A stretch of DNA of 64,000 bases from an uncultured Solirubrobacteraceae bacterium (GCA_964588985.1 CAZPQW010000005.1:102681-166680), one strand, 5' to 3'; positions 18,192-27,423 are shown, numbered from the stretch's first letter. Program-made: numbers and translations. The notes: generated by a model from the letters alone, not told the origin.

Positions 18192-20099
18192 ATGCACACC
18201 CTCCTAGCCGCGGCGCTCGCCGTGCTCGCCTGCCTGCTGCTGCCCGCGTCGGCGACCGCGATTGCGCCCCCCGCGTTTGTAACCGAATGGGGCTCGCTGG
18301 GATCTGGTGAAGGGCAGTTCAATTTGCCCACCTTCATCGCGCTTGCGCCGAACGGAAGCGTATACGTCACGGACACAGACAACTACCGAGTCGAGGAGTT
18401 CGACCCTGACGGACACTTCGTCACCGCATGGGGAACGCGCGGGGAAGGACCCGGGCAATTCACCTACCCAGCGGGAATAGCCATAGGCCCTTCGGGTGAT
18501 GTGTACGTGGGCGACATCGACACCTCTCGGATCGAGAGGTTTAGTCACAACGGAGCATTCATTAGCGAGTGGGGCGAATACGGAGAAGGCCCAGGCCAGT
18601 TTGAGGGAGTTCTTGGGCTCGCTGCGGGCCCATCCGGCGACATCTACGCCGCCGACAAAGGAGACAACCGTGTGGAGAAGTTCAGTGCCAACGGAGTGTA
18701 CCTTGGCGAGTGGGGGCAGAAAGGCGAAGCTGCGGGAGACCTCAGTAGTCCAGTGTCGGTCGCGACTGACGCCCAAGAAAACGTGTATGTCACGAGCTAC
18801 GCCACATTTGGGATCCAGAAGTTCACCTCGACTGGACATTACCTGAGCCGCTGGGATCCCGCCAAAGGCGGCATCACGTTCGCAAACGGCCTCGCAGTGA
18901 GCGCGAGCGGGCAAAGCTATGTCGATACTCCCAACGACGTGATCGAGGAGTTCGGCACGACGGGGACCCCGCTCACAGAATGGGGCGAATACGGCGCTCA
19001 CCAAGGCCAGTTCGCCAACTCGCTCGGCCTGGCGGTCGACCCGGCGGCAGACGTATATGTGGTCGACCAGGGCAACAACCGAGTGGAGAAGTTCCGTTTT
19101 GATACCACGCCGAGCGTACTCACCGGCACGGGTGTGGCAAGCTCGACGACTACGGCGATGATCTCGGCGACTGTCAACCCGAACGGCGTTGAAGTAACGT
19201 CCTGCGAATTCGAATACGGTACGAGCACCAGCTACGGGTCGCGGATTCCGTGCGCTACGGCACCTGGGTCGGGTGAATCCCCCCTTCCAGTGAGTGCCGA
19301 GATCACGAGCCTCGCGCCGAACACCACGTACCACTTTAGGGTCGTGGCGAGCAACAGCGCAGGCTCGGGCGAAGGACTCGATGCCCGACTCACCACGCTA
19401 GGGCCCCCGGACTTCGGGCGCTGCGTCGCGGTGGTGGCAGAAAAGATCGGTGCCAAAACCGTTTACCACGGCGAGTTTACGACGCCCAAATGCACTGTGA
19501 CGAGCGTGAAGAAGGCTGGCAAGTACGAATGGGAAGCCGGCGTCGTGAACTCAGCCTTCATCCTCAAAGCTGGCGCGCTTGCGCTCTCCACACCATCCGG
19601 GCGCTCGGTCACGTGCGCCACCGAGAGCGGTGGCGGCGACTACCTCGGCAGCAAGGAAGTGGCCGACGTAACGCTGCGGTTCACGAAGTGCGCATCGCAG
19701 GGACAAAACTGCTCGACCGTTGGGTTCGTGGAAGGCGACGTGGAAAGCTCCCCGCTGGAAGGCAGCCTGGGATGGATCTCGCGCGCGGCGAAGACTGTGG
19801 CACTCGACCTCTATCCAGCCGGGAACAAAGGCACCATCCTCGAATACCGCTGCGGAGCGGAAGCAACGGTCATCGTGAGCGGCTCGGTGCTGGTAGGGCT
19901 GAAGACGGGCAAGATGCAGGTGTCGGAAACCCTCAAATACAAAGCCTCCCACGGCGTGCAGGGCATCCGACAGCTCGAAGGCGAGCCCGAAGACGTGCTG
20001 ATCGCGTCGACCGCAGGCCCCGCACCGGAAACAACCGGCCTGTCTGCGAACACGATCATGGTCGACGAAGAAGAAGTGGAGCTCAACCCAGACGCGTAA
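18192..20099 (+). CDS. Secreted NHL-repeat beta-propeller protein with Ig/FN3-like domain
   Basis: Signal peptide (LLAAALAVLACLLLPASATA), repeated WG..GEGPGQF..P.GIA....G.VYV.D..N.RVEKF, then LAPNTTYHFRVVASN. Alternative start 18129. Confidence 0.85.
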   Translation: MHTLLAAALAVLACLLLPASATAIAPPAFVTEWGSLGSGEGQFNLPTFIALAPNGSVYVTDTDNYRVEEFDPDGHFVTAWGTRGEGPGQFTYPAGIAIGPSGDVYVGDIDTSRIERFSHNGAFISEWGEYGEGPGQFEGVLGLAAGPSGDIYAADKGDNRVEKFSANGVYLGEWGQKGEAAGDLSSPVSVATDAQENVYVTSYATFGIQKFTSTGHYLSRWDPAKGGITFANGLAVSASGQSYVDTPNDVIEEFGTTGTPLTEWGEYGAHQGQFANSLGLAVDPAADVYVVDQGNNRVEKFRFDTTPSVLTGTGVASSTTTAMISATVNPNGVEVTSCEFEYGTSTSYGSRIPCATAPGSGESPLPVSAEITSLAPNTTYHFRVVASNSAGSGEGLDARLTTLGPPDFGRCVAVVAEKIGAKTVYHGEFTTPKCTVTSVKKAGKYEWEAGVVNSAFILKAGALALSTPSGRSVTCATESGGGDYLGSKEVADVTLRFTKCASQGQNCSTVGFVEGDVESSPLEGSLGWISRAAKTVALDLYPAGNKGTILEYRCGAEATVIVSGSVLVGLKTGKMQVSETLKYKASHGVQGIRQLEGEPEDVLIASTAGPAPETTGLSANTIMVDEEEVELNPDA

Positions 20100-20253
20100 C
20101 CCAGCGGCGAGGAGCTAAGCGTTCCCGGCGTGGATTCAGCCCAGCGCGATGGAAATCAGCCGCAATTGGGTCGCAAGATCAGGGTTCCGTGCCCAATGCG
20201 AGTTCCAGCTAGCAGGTGCTCTCTAAGAAGATGCCGACTTGCAGCGACTTCAG

Positions 20254-20300
20254 ATGGCGAGACCGGGACTCGAACCCGGGACACCACGATTTTCAGTCGT
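20254..20300 (-). repeat. att site: 47-bp duplication of the tRNA-Phe 3' half
   Basis: ATGGCGAGACCGGGACTCGAACCCGGGACACCACGATTTTCAGTCGT is identical to 27705-27751. Confidence 0.95.
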
Positions 20301-20385
20301 ACCGGAACTAGCCCTGAAAACTGTATATTTGCAGGGTGTTTGTGAATGTCAACACAAGCCAGTTGCCGCTTGGTTCCGGTGGTTT

Positions 20386-20423
20386 ACCGGGGGTTTTGGA
20401 CCACGGATGAGGGTCGTGGTCCA
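20386..20423. repeat. Putative integrase arm-type sites (left end)
   Basis: ACCGGGGGTTTTGGACCACG at 20386-20405 and inverted CGTGGTCCA at 20415-20423. Confidence 0.65.
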
Positions 20424-20607
20424 TAACCTTGGATGGCCCTGTCGGAGAACAGCCCATCAAGGCCTATGGCTGGACTCGCGGAGGTATACAGAGTTATACG
20501 AGGTTTATCGTGATCGCGTAAACCTCTAACTCGCAGAGCAGGCGTCGTGGAATCTACCCGGACCACGCCCGGATGCGTGGCGAGTGCTCTTTCTGGGTTG
20601 CCATGCC

Positions 20608-21789
20608 TCAGAAGGCGACAATGTATCTGGGGGTGAAGGGACGGTTGGTGGGACGTGCGGCGGCAACGCGGTCGATCCGGTAAGTGCGAGTTTCGCCCTG
20701 GCCGTTGACGGCGAGCAGCACGAGGTTGCCAGCGCGAGTGCGCCGGAGTTCATAGGGCTCGACTAGGCGGCGTCCTGGGTATCCCTCGGCGGGGCGGTAG
20801 TCGATCTCTACCTTCAGGCGGTTGGTGCCGGCATAGCGGATCAGCTCCAGGGGTGCGCCCTGTCGCCAGGAGGCGATCGCGTGTGGAGGGCGCCACGTAT
20901 CGAGTTGGTCTCTGGAGGGCGCGCGGCGAAGCCTGCGACGCGTCTGCGTGCCTGCGAGCCAGGCGAACACTTCCTCCAGCGCCTCCCAGAACATCTCGAA
21001 TGGGGGGAGCGGCCGCGGTAGCTGGTGGCCGAGCATGTTCTCCCACTCGCGCTCGATCTCCTGGGCGTAGGGCGAGGTGCGGATCGAGTCGGCGTCGGGG
21101 ACATTCACGCCGGCGTGGGCACACTTGGCAGCGAGGACCGTGCGTACGCGCTCGGCTCGGCCGATCAGGTCGGGGTGGCGGTGCATGTGTACGACGTCGT
21201 AGAGATCGCGCGGGCGACAGCGAGTAGCGAGCGCGCGCGTCTTCTCAGCTAGCAACTCCGTCGGTGAGTAGCACAGGACGCCGACGCCGGGGAGTGGCTG
21301 GTCGCTGTATGAGTGCACAATTATGCGGCGGTGCGGCCGTTCGATGAGCACCTCATCGCTGGTCAGATCGAACTTAAGCTTTGGGAGAGTCCCACGCGGG
21401 GCGTTCGGTCCGCGGTAGGCGATCCGCGCCTGTGTGGTGGGCTGGCCGCGTAGGTTGCGTCGCCGCGCGAATGTGCGCTGGTCGATCTCCAACTCGATGC
21501 CCGTTTCGCGCACGAGCCAGTCCGAGACTCTCTTGAAGATCTCGATCATCTCGTCGAGCTCCTCCGGGCCGCCGTCGACGACGGTGAAGTCGAGATCCTC
21601 AGAGAATCGGTAGGTCTCGTAGTAGCACTTGCGCAGGCAGGTACCGCCCTTGAAGATCCAGGTGTCGGCGAGCGCGGACTCTGCAGAGATCGCAGCAAGC
21701 ACCCAGCCGAGCACGTAGTCCTTCTCGATCACGCCGATGTCGAGTTGCCACTCGCCACGGAGTCGCATCAGCTCCTGCTTGGCGATCAC
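20608..21789 (-). CDS. AbiEii-family nucleotidyltransferase toxin with C-terminal WYL domain
   Basis: IEKDYVLGW, FKGGTCLRKCY...RFSEDLDF, ELLAEK, RPRDLYD. C-terminal EIDY...RRLVEPYEL...RTYRIDRV. GTGA overlap with the antitoxin. Confidence 0.85.
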   Translation of the reverse strand: MIAKQELMRLRGEWQLDIGVIEKDYVLGWVLAAISAESALADTWIFKGGTCLRKCYYETYRFSEDLDFTVVDGGPEELDEMIEIFKRVSDWLVRETGIELEIDQRTFARRRNLRGQPTTQARIAYRGPNAPRGTLPKLKFDLTSDEVLIERPHRRIIVHSYSDQPLPGVGVLCYSPTELLAEKTRALATRCRPRDLYDVVHMHRHPDLIGRAERVRTVLAAKCAHAGVNVPDADSIRTSPYAQEIEREWENMLGHQLPRPLPPFEMFWEALEEVFAWLAGTQTRRRLRRAPSRDQLDTWRPPHAIASWRQGAPLELIRYAGTNRLKVEIDYRPAEGYPGRRLVEPYELRRTRAGNLVLLAVNGQGETRTYRIDRVAAARPTNRPFTPRYIVAF

Positions 21790-22595
21790 GACGGCTCCTG
21801 CGGCTCGAGCACCACGTTGGCGCGCAGCCGCCATGCAGGCACGCGCGGCCCCATACGGGGCCCGTCGGGGTCAAGCAGCGAGATGCCGCTGGAGAGCTCC
21901 GCACGGCACGCCGCGATCAGCTCGGGGGCGCCCCAGCCCTGCGACTCCAGCAGGAAACCCAGGCGCTTAAGCACCGCGCGGTTGCCGAGCCGCAGCGCGT
22001 ACTCCACCAGGCGCTCACCCTCGTGCTCATCCAGATACGCCCGCAAGATCTCTGCGGCGTGGCGGATACCACCGCCGATTCGCGGTGCGTCGAGGATCTC
22101 CACTACCGTCCGTGCGGGGTCGGCGAACAGCATCCGCACCTCCTCCTGCCACGCTGTCTCCAAGCCCCACTCGAGCGTGTCCTCTGCTACGTGCATTAGT
22201 AGGTACTCGGCGTCCAGCAGGCTCGCCGTCGCGGCGCGCACACGCTGTGCGGTCTTCACGACCGTGGTGCGGAACACCTGCTCGGTCAGACCCCAGTGGC
22301 GCGCTGCCGTGAACCCGCTGAAGTAGCACGGCGACCACACCGCGCTCGCCAACACCAACGTGTCCTGTGACCAGCTTCGCGGAGGAGCCTCGACTGGCAC
22401 GGCGATATACAGGCCCCGCCGCACCCTACGCAGCCACCCCTGTTCCGCCCAATGCGCGAGCTTTCGCGCCGCGACCCTCGCGTCCACACCTAGCACGCGT
22501 GCGGCGATCTCTGGAGAGACAAACCTGCGATCGACAAGCACCGCCGACAATTCGGCACGTCCAGCGCCTGAGATTCCACGACCATCTTGCGTCAT
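21786..22595 (-). CDS. AbiEi-family (type IV TA) antitoxin / transcriptional regulator
   Basis: wHTH GWLRRVRRGLY, YFSGFTAARHWGLTEQV, ADPARTVVEILD, AVLKRLGFLLE. Confidence 0.88.
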   Translation of the reverse strand: MTQDGRGISGAGRAELSAVLVDRRFVSPEIAARVLGVDARVAARKLAHWAEQGWLRRVRRGLYIAVPVEAPPRSWSQDTLVLASAVWSPCYFSGFTAARHWGLTEQVFRTTVVKTAQRVRAATASLLDAEYLLMHVAEDTLEWGLETAWQEEVRMLFADPARTVVEILDAPRIGGGIRHAAEILRAYLDEHEGERLVEYALRLGNRAVLKRLGFLLESQGWGAPELIAACRAELSSGISLLDPDGPRMGPRVPAWRLRANVVLEPQEPS

Positions 22596-22738
22596 CAGAA
22601 AGCCAATAGTTCATTCGACATCGGATCTAGCGGCTACATGATAACCGACGACCGATACCATTGCACCAGAAACTTCATCTTGAAGGAAACTACCGGCCCA
22701 CCACTCCCGACAGCACGGTCTGTCCCTCAGCGATCCAC

Positions 22739-23878
22739 TTAGGTCACAAGTGGTCCCACCTCTACATAGCGGTCGAACCAGTCGAGGTAGTCAGCTACAC
22801 ACGCCGCGACATCCTCAGAGCGGGCCCAGAAATGCGTCGGAAGCTTGTCGCTGTCGAAGATCAGCTTCGTGCCCTCCTGCGCGGAGATCACCACTCGGCG
22901 TGGGCGGCCGAGAGCGTAGCCGAGCTCCATTGTGCAGTTGGGGCGCATGCCAGTGAGGTCGACGAGAACCACGCCGGCGCGATGCAGCCGCCGGAAGATC
23001 TCGACGTTCATGAACATGCTCTCTGGCGTGCCTAGACCCATCTGCACCGGCGCGTAGCCGCGCTCGGAGATAGCTGGGGTCACGACCTCCGAGAAGAACC
23101 ACTCGACCGCAGCGTGGTCGTGATTGCTCGGGTCGAGCAGTCGGACGTAAAACGCGCTCGGCGGCATCAGGTCTTCGAGCATCCGCACGGTCGCTTCGGC
23201 GAGCGAACTCGGGTCCGACTCGGCTTCTAGCCGGAGAGCCTGTAGACGAGCAGTGTCGCCACCGGCGCCTGGCGCCAGCCTGAATAGTGCGCCCGGATCG
23301 CCTAGAGCCTTCTCATGTAGCGCTCGGCTACCTCCAGAGCCATCGTCGTTGAAGGCGCCCAGCTGCGCCCACACGGGAACCACCGGCTTGCCGTCGCGCC
23401 AGTAGAGCTCGGCGAGATGCTCCACGCCAGCCCCGCCGCCGAGCACGACCAGGATGTCGCCATGGGAGAGCTGGCGCTCGCGGATGATGCCCGCCATACG
23501 CCACCCCGGCGGAGTCGTGACGAGCTCGAAGTCGCTCCGCGCACAACAACCCTCCCAGAGCTCGCGCCGGCCTGCAGGGATCCTGTCGAGCCCGCGCTGG
23601 CTGGCGACGCCGACGAACCGACGCGGTCGACGTGGCGGCCACCCTTCGGCTGGGTCGGGCAGCGCCGCGACACTCGCGAGCGCAGTCCAGTCGAATGTGG
23701 CCGGCAAGCCGGACTCGGAAAGCGGCTCGCCGCCGGCACCCAGCACGAGACCAGCTCCCCGGGCGGCGAGTCCGGTGGCGAGGCTGCTGACGAACGCGTG
23801 CGCCCGTGTGAGAAGCGCGGCATCGCATGTCGCCGCTGCGCTGCCCGTGAGGTGCACGCGTCGTCCGGCGAGGCTCAC
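22739..23878 (-). CDS. CBASS effector: SLOG-like domain fused to nucleoside 2-deoxyribosyltransferase-like domain
   Basis: N-terminal HLTGS...DILVVLGGGAGVEH...GKPVVPV. C-terminal VLVDLTGMRPNCTMELGYALG. Last gene of the CBASS operon, with GTGA overlap. Confidence 0.72.
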   Translation of the reverse strand: MSLAGRRVHLTGSAAATCDAALLTRAHAFVSSLATGLAARGAGLVLGAGGEPLSESGLPATFDWTALASVAALPDPAEGWPPRRPRRFVGVASQRGLDRIPAGRRELWEGCCARSDFELVTTPPGWRMAGIIRERQLSHGDILVVLGGGAGVEHLAELYWRDGKPVVPVWAQLGAFNDDGSGGSRALHEKALGDPGALFRLAPGAGGDTARLQALRLEAESDPSSLAEATVRMLEDLMPPSAFYVRLLDPSNHDHAAVEWFFSEVVTPAISERGYAPVQMGLGTPESMFMNVEIFRRLHRAGVVLVDLTGMRPNCTMELGYALGRPRRVVISAQEGTKLIFDSDKLPTHFWARSEDVAACVADYLDWFDRYVEVGPLVT

Positions 23879-24783
23879 GCTTTGCCTTCGTCCATCGCCG
23901 GCGAGGGCTCGAGTTCCGCGCACGCCGCGAGCAGATCCTCCGCAGTCAGCGCTCGCTCGGCGAATGCCCGGGCTACTGCCGCCGGGACAAGGCGTGTCTG
24001 GACGTCGGAATACGTGTAGCCGGGCCGCCCGTCGCGTGGACCCGTCGCCGCAACGAGGTCGTCGAGCGCATGATCGGCTATGTCGACGCCCCGCAGGGTG
24101 GCACGAAACAGTTCGCGGCGCTCCTGCTCAGACGGGCGATCGAACTCCTCGATCAAGGCCGCGCGCCGGATGACCGCAGGGTCGAGCGCTCCGAATCGGT
24201 TCGTGCAGAGCACGATCAGTAGACGCCCATTCAGTCGGCGGGCGTCGTCGATCTTCTGGATCACAGTGTTGACGCCGACACGGTCCTCGTGGTGAGCCCG
24301 CTCCGCGCCGCGGTTGAACGCGAGCGCATCGCCCTCGTCAATGATCAGCGTGACGAACCGGGTTCGGCCCGCCAGCTCAACCGCCTCGGCGAAGGCGTCG
24401 CCGATCAGCGTGCTCATCTCGCCCACATGACCGACGCCGCGAACGCGCGTCGAGAGCTTCAGTAGGAAACCATCGGAACCGAGCATTCGGGCAAGACCGT
24501 CCGCTGCTGCTTCAGCGCTCGCGGTCTTACCAGTGCCAACGTCACCGTGAAAAATCGCGAGGGGATAGCGGTCGGCGATCGCACCGAGCAGCCCAGGAGC
24601 TCCATCGTGGTAACGCCGAGCCCACGCCCGCAGCCCATCTGCGTCGGCGAGCAAGCGAAGCTGGGCGCCGAGACGACGAAAGCGAGCGTCGAAGCCAACG
24701 AGCCGGCCGGCGCGGTCGGCAAGAGTCTCGTCCGGTATCTCGAGTTTCAACTCAAGCGCGCCCTGCCCCTCTCCTGGACTCAT
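23875..24783 (-). CDS. cap6: TRIP13/Pch2-like AAA+ ATPase (CBASS Cap6)
   Basis: FHGDVGTGKT, KLSTRVRGVGHVGEM, IIDEGDALA, HHEDRVGVN, CTNRFGALDPAVIRRAA. Confidence 0.9.
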   Translation of the reverse strand: MSPGEGQGALELKLEIPDETLADRAGRLVGFDARFRRLGAQLRLLADADGLRAWARRYHDGAPGLLGAIADRYPLAIFHGDVGTGKTASAEAAADGLARMLGSDGFLLKLSTRVRGVGHVGEMSTLIGDAFAEAVELAGRTRFVTLIIDEGDALAFNRGAERAHHEDRVGVNTVIQKIDDARRLNGRLLIVLCTNRFGALDPAVIRRAALIEEFDRPSEQERRELFRATLRGVDIADHALDDLVAATGPRDGRPGYTYSDVQTRLVPAAVARAFAERALTAEDLLAACAELEPSPAMDEGKA

Positions 24784-25277
24784 TGGTAGCTCGTCCGCTC
24801 GAGGCCGTAGGCACGGCTAGGGTACCGACGGTCAATGGACCCGTTGAGAGCGCCGTAGCCCTCGAAGTTGCGATGGCCCCACCCCTTGAGGTGATCTTCC
24901 TCGAACTTCGTCTGCGTGGTAGTCGACAGCTGATCCCAACGCGCGTTGTATTCGACGTAGAGCTTCAGTACGTCGCCGTCCTCGTGGTCCCAATACATGT
25001 CTCCGGGCCGATCGGCGGACCATGCTCCCGCGCTCGTAGAAACGCGGTACACGGCTGCTTTCTTCACCTTACCCAGCGCGGATGCAAGCTGAATGTGCAC
25101 GGCGCCGAGGTACTCCTGCTCGGCGATGACTTTGACCTGCGCCGCCGTTTCCTCCACGTCCTGCCCAGTCCGCAGCCCGGTCCACTCACTCACGATTCTG
25201 AAATCCGCAACCCAGGAAGCGAACACGCGCTGAATATCTTCGCGGTTGTAGGTATGGGTGTTGCTGTCCGTCGCCAT
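24780..25277 (-). CDS. Bacterial HORMA domain protein (CBASS Cap7-like)
   Basis: About 165 aa between CD-NTase and TRIP13. Thr/Ser-rich N-terminus, EYLGAV, DRPG and C-terminal DRRYPSRAYGLERTSY resemble E. coli HORMA. Alternative GTG start 25289. Confidence 0.82.
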   Translation of the reverse strand: MATDSNTHTYNREDIQRVFASWVADFRIVSEWTGLRTGQDVEETAAQVKVIAEQEYLGAVHIQLASALGKVKKAAVYRVSTSAGAWSADRPGDMYWDHEDGDVLKLYVEYNARWDQLSTTTQTKFEEDHLKGWGHRNFEGYGALNGSIDRRYPSRAYGLERTSYQ

Positions 25278-25285
25278 CGCTCCGG

Positions 25286-26230
25286 TCACTCGATCGCGAA
25301 GCCCGGACCGAAGAGCTCCTTCCAGAGCTTCTCGGTCTCCCCTTTGAACTGAAGCCCCTGAGCGAGAGTCAGCGTCTCGTAGCCGGTGCGCGCAGCCGCG
25401 ACGAGCGCATCAAGCTCCCGCCTCGTGATGCGCGCGGCAACATTGTTCTCGGCGTTCGCGGGGTCGAGGATCACCACCGGGTCGTCGAAGGCCTCTAGAT
25501 TGCCCTCTCCCCAGGTCACTCCATTGGTGAGATCGCGCACAATGAACAGAAGCAGGCGGCGAAGTCCCTCTTCGAGTCCGCTTGCCGCGCCGTCGCGGTC
25601 GATCAGGTAGCTGCAAAGCAGCTCAAGATGAAACGACTGGACGCCAGCGAGCTCCTTCCAGTGGCGCCAACGCTTAGCCATGCGCAGGGTTGGAGCTAGG
25701 AATACGTCCTTTGCGGAGTGGCTGCGGAAGTGCTCGAGATGGACCTTGACGCTGGTCTTCACGCGGTCGCCGGTGCGAGAGTATTGGTAGCCGTAGTTCG
25801 CGTCGTCGTCGAGTGAGACGATCGGGACTAGATCGACCTCTAGACCGGTGCCCTTGAAGACGACCTCGAAGATGCGGTCGCCGGAGTCGTCGAAGTCGTC
25901 GGGGCTCTTCTGGGGATACGCGGCTTCGAGGAGCTGCTTGATCAGTTTCTGGAGGTCCGCGACGTCGAAGTTCTCGGGATCGTCGACCTCGAAGTAGACG
26001 CCGACGTCTCCGTCAACGGGTTTGCCCGCGCGCGGGCGGTTGCTTGTGCCCTTCTCCAGCGATCCGGCACGGCGGAACTTCTTGATTCTGTAAGCGCCGT
26101 CCTCGTGTACCTTCGCTTCGAGCTTCTCTAGCAGCCGTCCAATCTGCTTGCGGAGCTCGTTGCGCTGATCGCCTGGGAGGGCGAGCTTGCCGGCTACGTA
26201 GTCGCCCAGTTGTTTGTCCGTTAGCTTGAT
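25286..26230 (-). CDS. CBASS oligonucleotide cyclase (CD-NTase, CdnC-like), apparent ATC start
   Basis: The frame stays open 156 codons upstream of the ORF-track call: IKLTDKQLGDY...RAGSLEKGT...DGDVGVY...LEVDLVPI...SFHLELL...ILDPANAENNVA...WKELFG (314 aa). Confidence 0.9.
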   Translation of the reverse strand: MKLTDKQLGDYVAGKLALPGDQRNELRKQIGRLLEKLEAKVHEDGAYRIKKFRRAGSLEKGTSNRPRAGKPVDGDVGVYFEVDDPENFDVADLQKLIKQLLEAAYPQKSPDDFDDSGDRIFEVVFKGTGLEVDLVPIVSLDDDANYGYQYSRTGDRVKTSVKVHLEHFRSHSAKDVFLAPTLRMAKRWRHWKELAGVQSFHLELLCSYLIDRDGAASGLEEGLRRLLLFIVRDLTNGVTWGEGNLEAFDDPVVILDPANAENNVAARITRRELDALVAAARTGYETLTLAQGLQFKGETEKLWKELFGPGFAIE

Positions 26231-26820
26231 TGCTGATCACCACCGGGCCACTGCCACAGTCGGTTGAAGATTTCGGCCTGCTCGATTGCATCGTCGAGCG
26301 CGTTGTGGGTGTGCGGATGCGAAGCCTGCAACTCAGCGGGCAGGTCGTTGCGCCCGGCGTCGTCCATGATCACGTGCGCCTTCTGGTGGTACATCGTCTT
26401 GATGTCCAGCGCGCCTGAGAAGCCAAACGGCGACTCTCCTACGAACCGTACGAAGTACCAGTGCAGAAACATCCAGTCGAACACCACTGGGTAGCCGACG
26501 AGGACCGGCCGTGCACCCCCCGCCCGCTCGGCCTGGGCAGTGACCCAGTCGACTGCGTCACGCATTGCGGCTTCGGGCTCGGCTCCGTCTCGTGCAAGCG
26601 CCGCGCGATCGAGGCGTGCCGCCTTCAGCGCCGCCGGCTCGAAACGTGCGGCAATCGGCTTCAGCTCTCGATAGAGGGTCTGTTTGCTCGGAGCATGGCT
26701 CGTGAACGCCTCTCCGTCGAAGGTGGCGGCAACCGCTAGTCCGAAGGCGAGCATCGAGAATTCTCCCGGGATCGGGCCGTCGGCCTCAATATCAGCGGAT
26801 ATGTAAATGTCGGGCACCAT
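26221..26820 (-). CDS. DEDDh 3'-5' exonuclease (Cap18-like)
   Basis: SADIEADGPIPGEFSML, FDWMFL, LDIKTM, HTHNALDDA. First gene of the CBASS operon. Confidence 0.85.
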   Translation of the reverse strand: MVPDIYISADIEADGPIPGEFSMLAFGLAVAATFDGEAFTSHAPSKQTLYRELKPIAARFEPAALKAARLDRAALARDGAEPEAAMRDAVDWVTAQAERAGGARPVLVGYPVVFDWMFLHWYFVRFVGESPFGFSGALDIKTMYHQKAHVIMDDAGRNDLPAELQASHPHTHNALDDAIEQAEIFNRLWQWPGGDQQSS

Positions 26821-26964
26821 CGAGGGACCCTCTCTGGCGGCGAGCCTTTATAGGTCACGTAGCTGCGTATATACAGCGTTGCAGGGCGCTCGGACAGACG
26901 TTTCGCAAAGAGCGGGGTTGGGTGCGTAGCGGTCCCTTAAGCGTGTCCGGGACTCGCTGTAGGT

Positions 26965-27423
26965 TTGCCACGCGTGGACCCTGATCTTCAGCTCGCTGAT
27001 CCTGCCGAGATTGCCGTTGCCCAGGAGTACCTAAGCCTGAAGGAACGGATCGAGGAGGCCCGCACAAGAGCCGATCGACTGCGAACGCTCGCCGAGCATC
27101 TGGACGAGCAGGTCAGTCGGGACGAGCACATGCTCCACGACCTCGAAGGCACTCTCGGGCTAGCAGCACAGCTGCAGATCGAACAGCTAGATCGTGAGCT
27201 GGGGGGAAAGCGGCTACAAGAGATCGCGATCGCCGTTCTCGAGCGCGAGATACAACCGGGTCAAGCAGTCCACTACCGCGACTGGTATGCGCTGCTTTGC
27301 GCCGCTGGCTACCGCGCCCGTGGGAAGGACCCGCTGGCCAGCTTCCTGGCTCAGATCAACCGCGCCGAGCAAGTCGAGCCCATCGGTGGACGTTCAGGCC
27401 GCTACCGCCTTCGTGCGGCCTAG
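26965..27423 (+). CDS. Coiled-coil plus winged-helix protein, divergent from CBASS
   Basis: Heptad-rich N-terminal half. C-terminal AVLERE...VHYRDWY...GKDPLASFLAQINR...GRYRL resembles a HARE-HTH-like wHTH. Confidence 0.6.
   Translation: MPRVDPDLQLADPAEIAVAQEYLSLKERIEEARTRADRLRTLAEHLDEQVSRDEHMLHDLEGTLGLAAQLQIEQLDRELGGKRLQEIAIAVLEREIQPGQAVHYRDWYALLCAAGYRARGKDPLASFLAQINRAEQVEPIGGRSGRYRLRAA

Noticed and set aside
20254-20300. Second tRNA-Phe gene
   Set aside because: Only the 3' portion is present. The D-arm and 5' acceptor strand are missing, so it is an att repeat.
25286-25762. CD-NTase as a truncated 158-aa pseudogene
   Set aside because: The frame is open and motif-complete up to 26230. 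Only a canonical start codon is missing.
26862-26877. LexA/SOS box upstream of CBASS
   Set aside because: The spacing is CTG-N8-CAG, matching neither the proteobacterial CTG-N10-CAG nor the actinobacterial GAAC-N4-GTTC.
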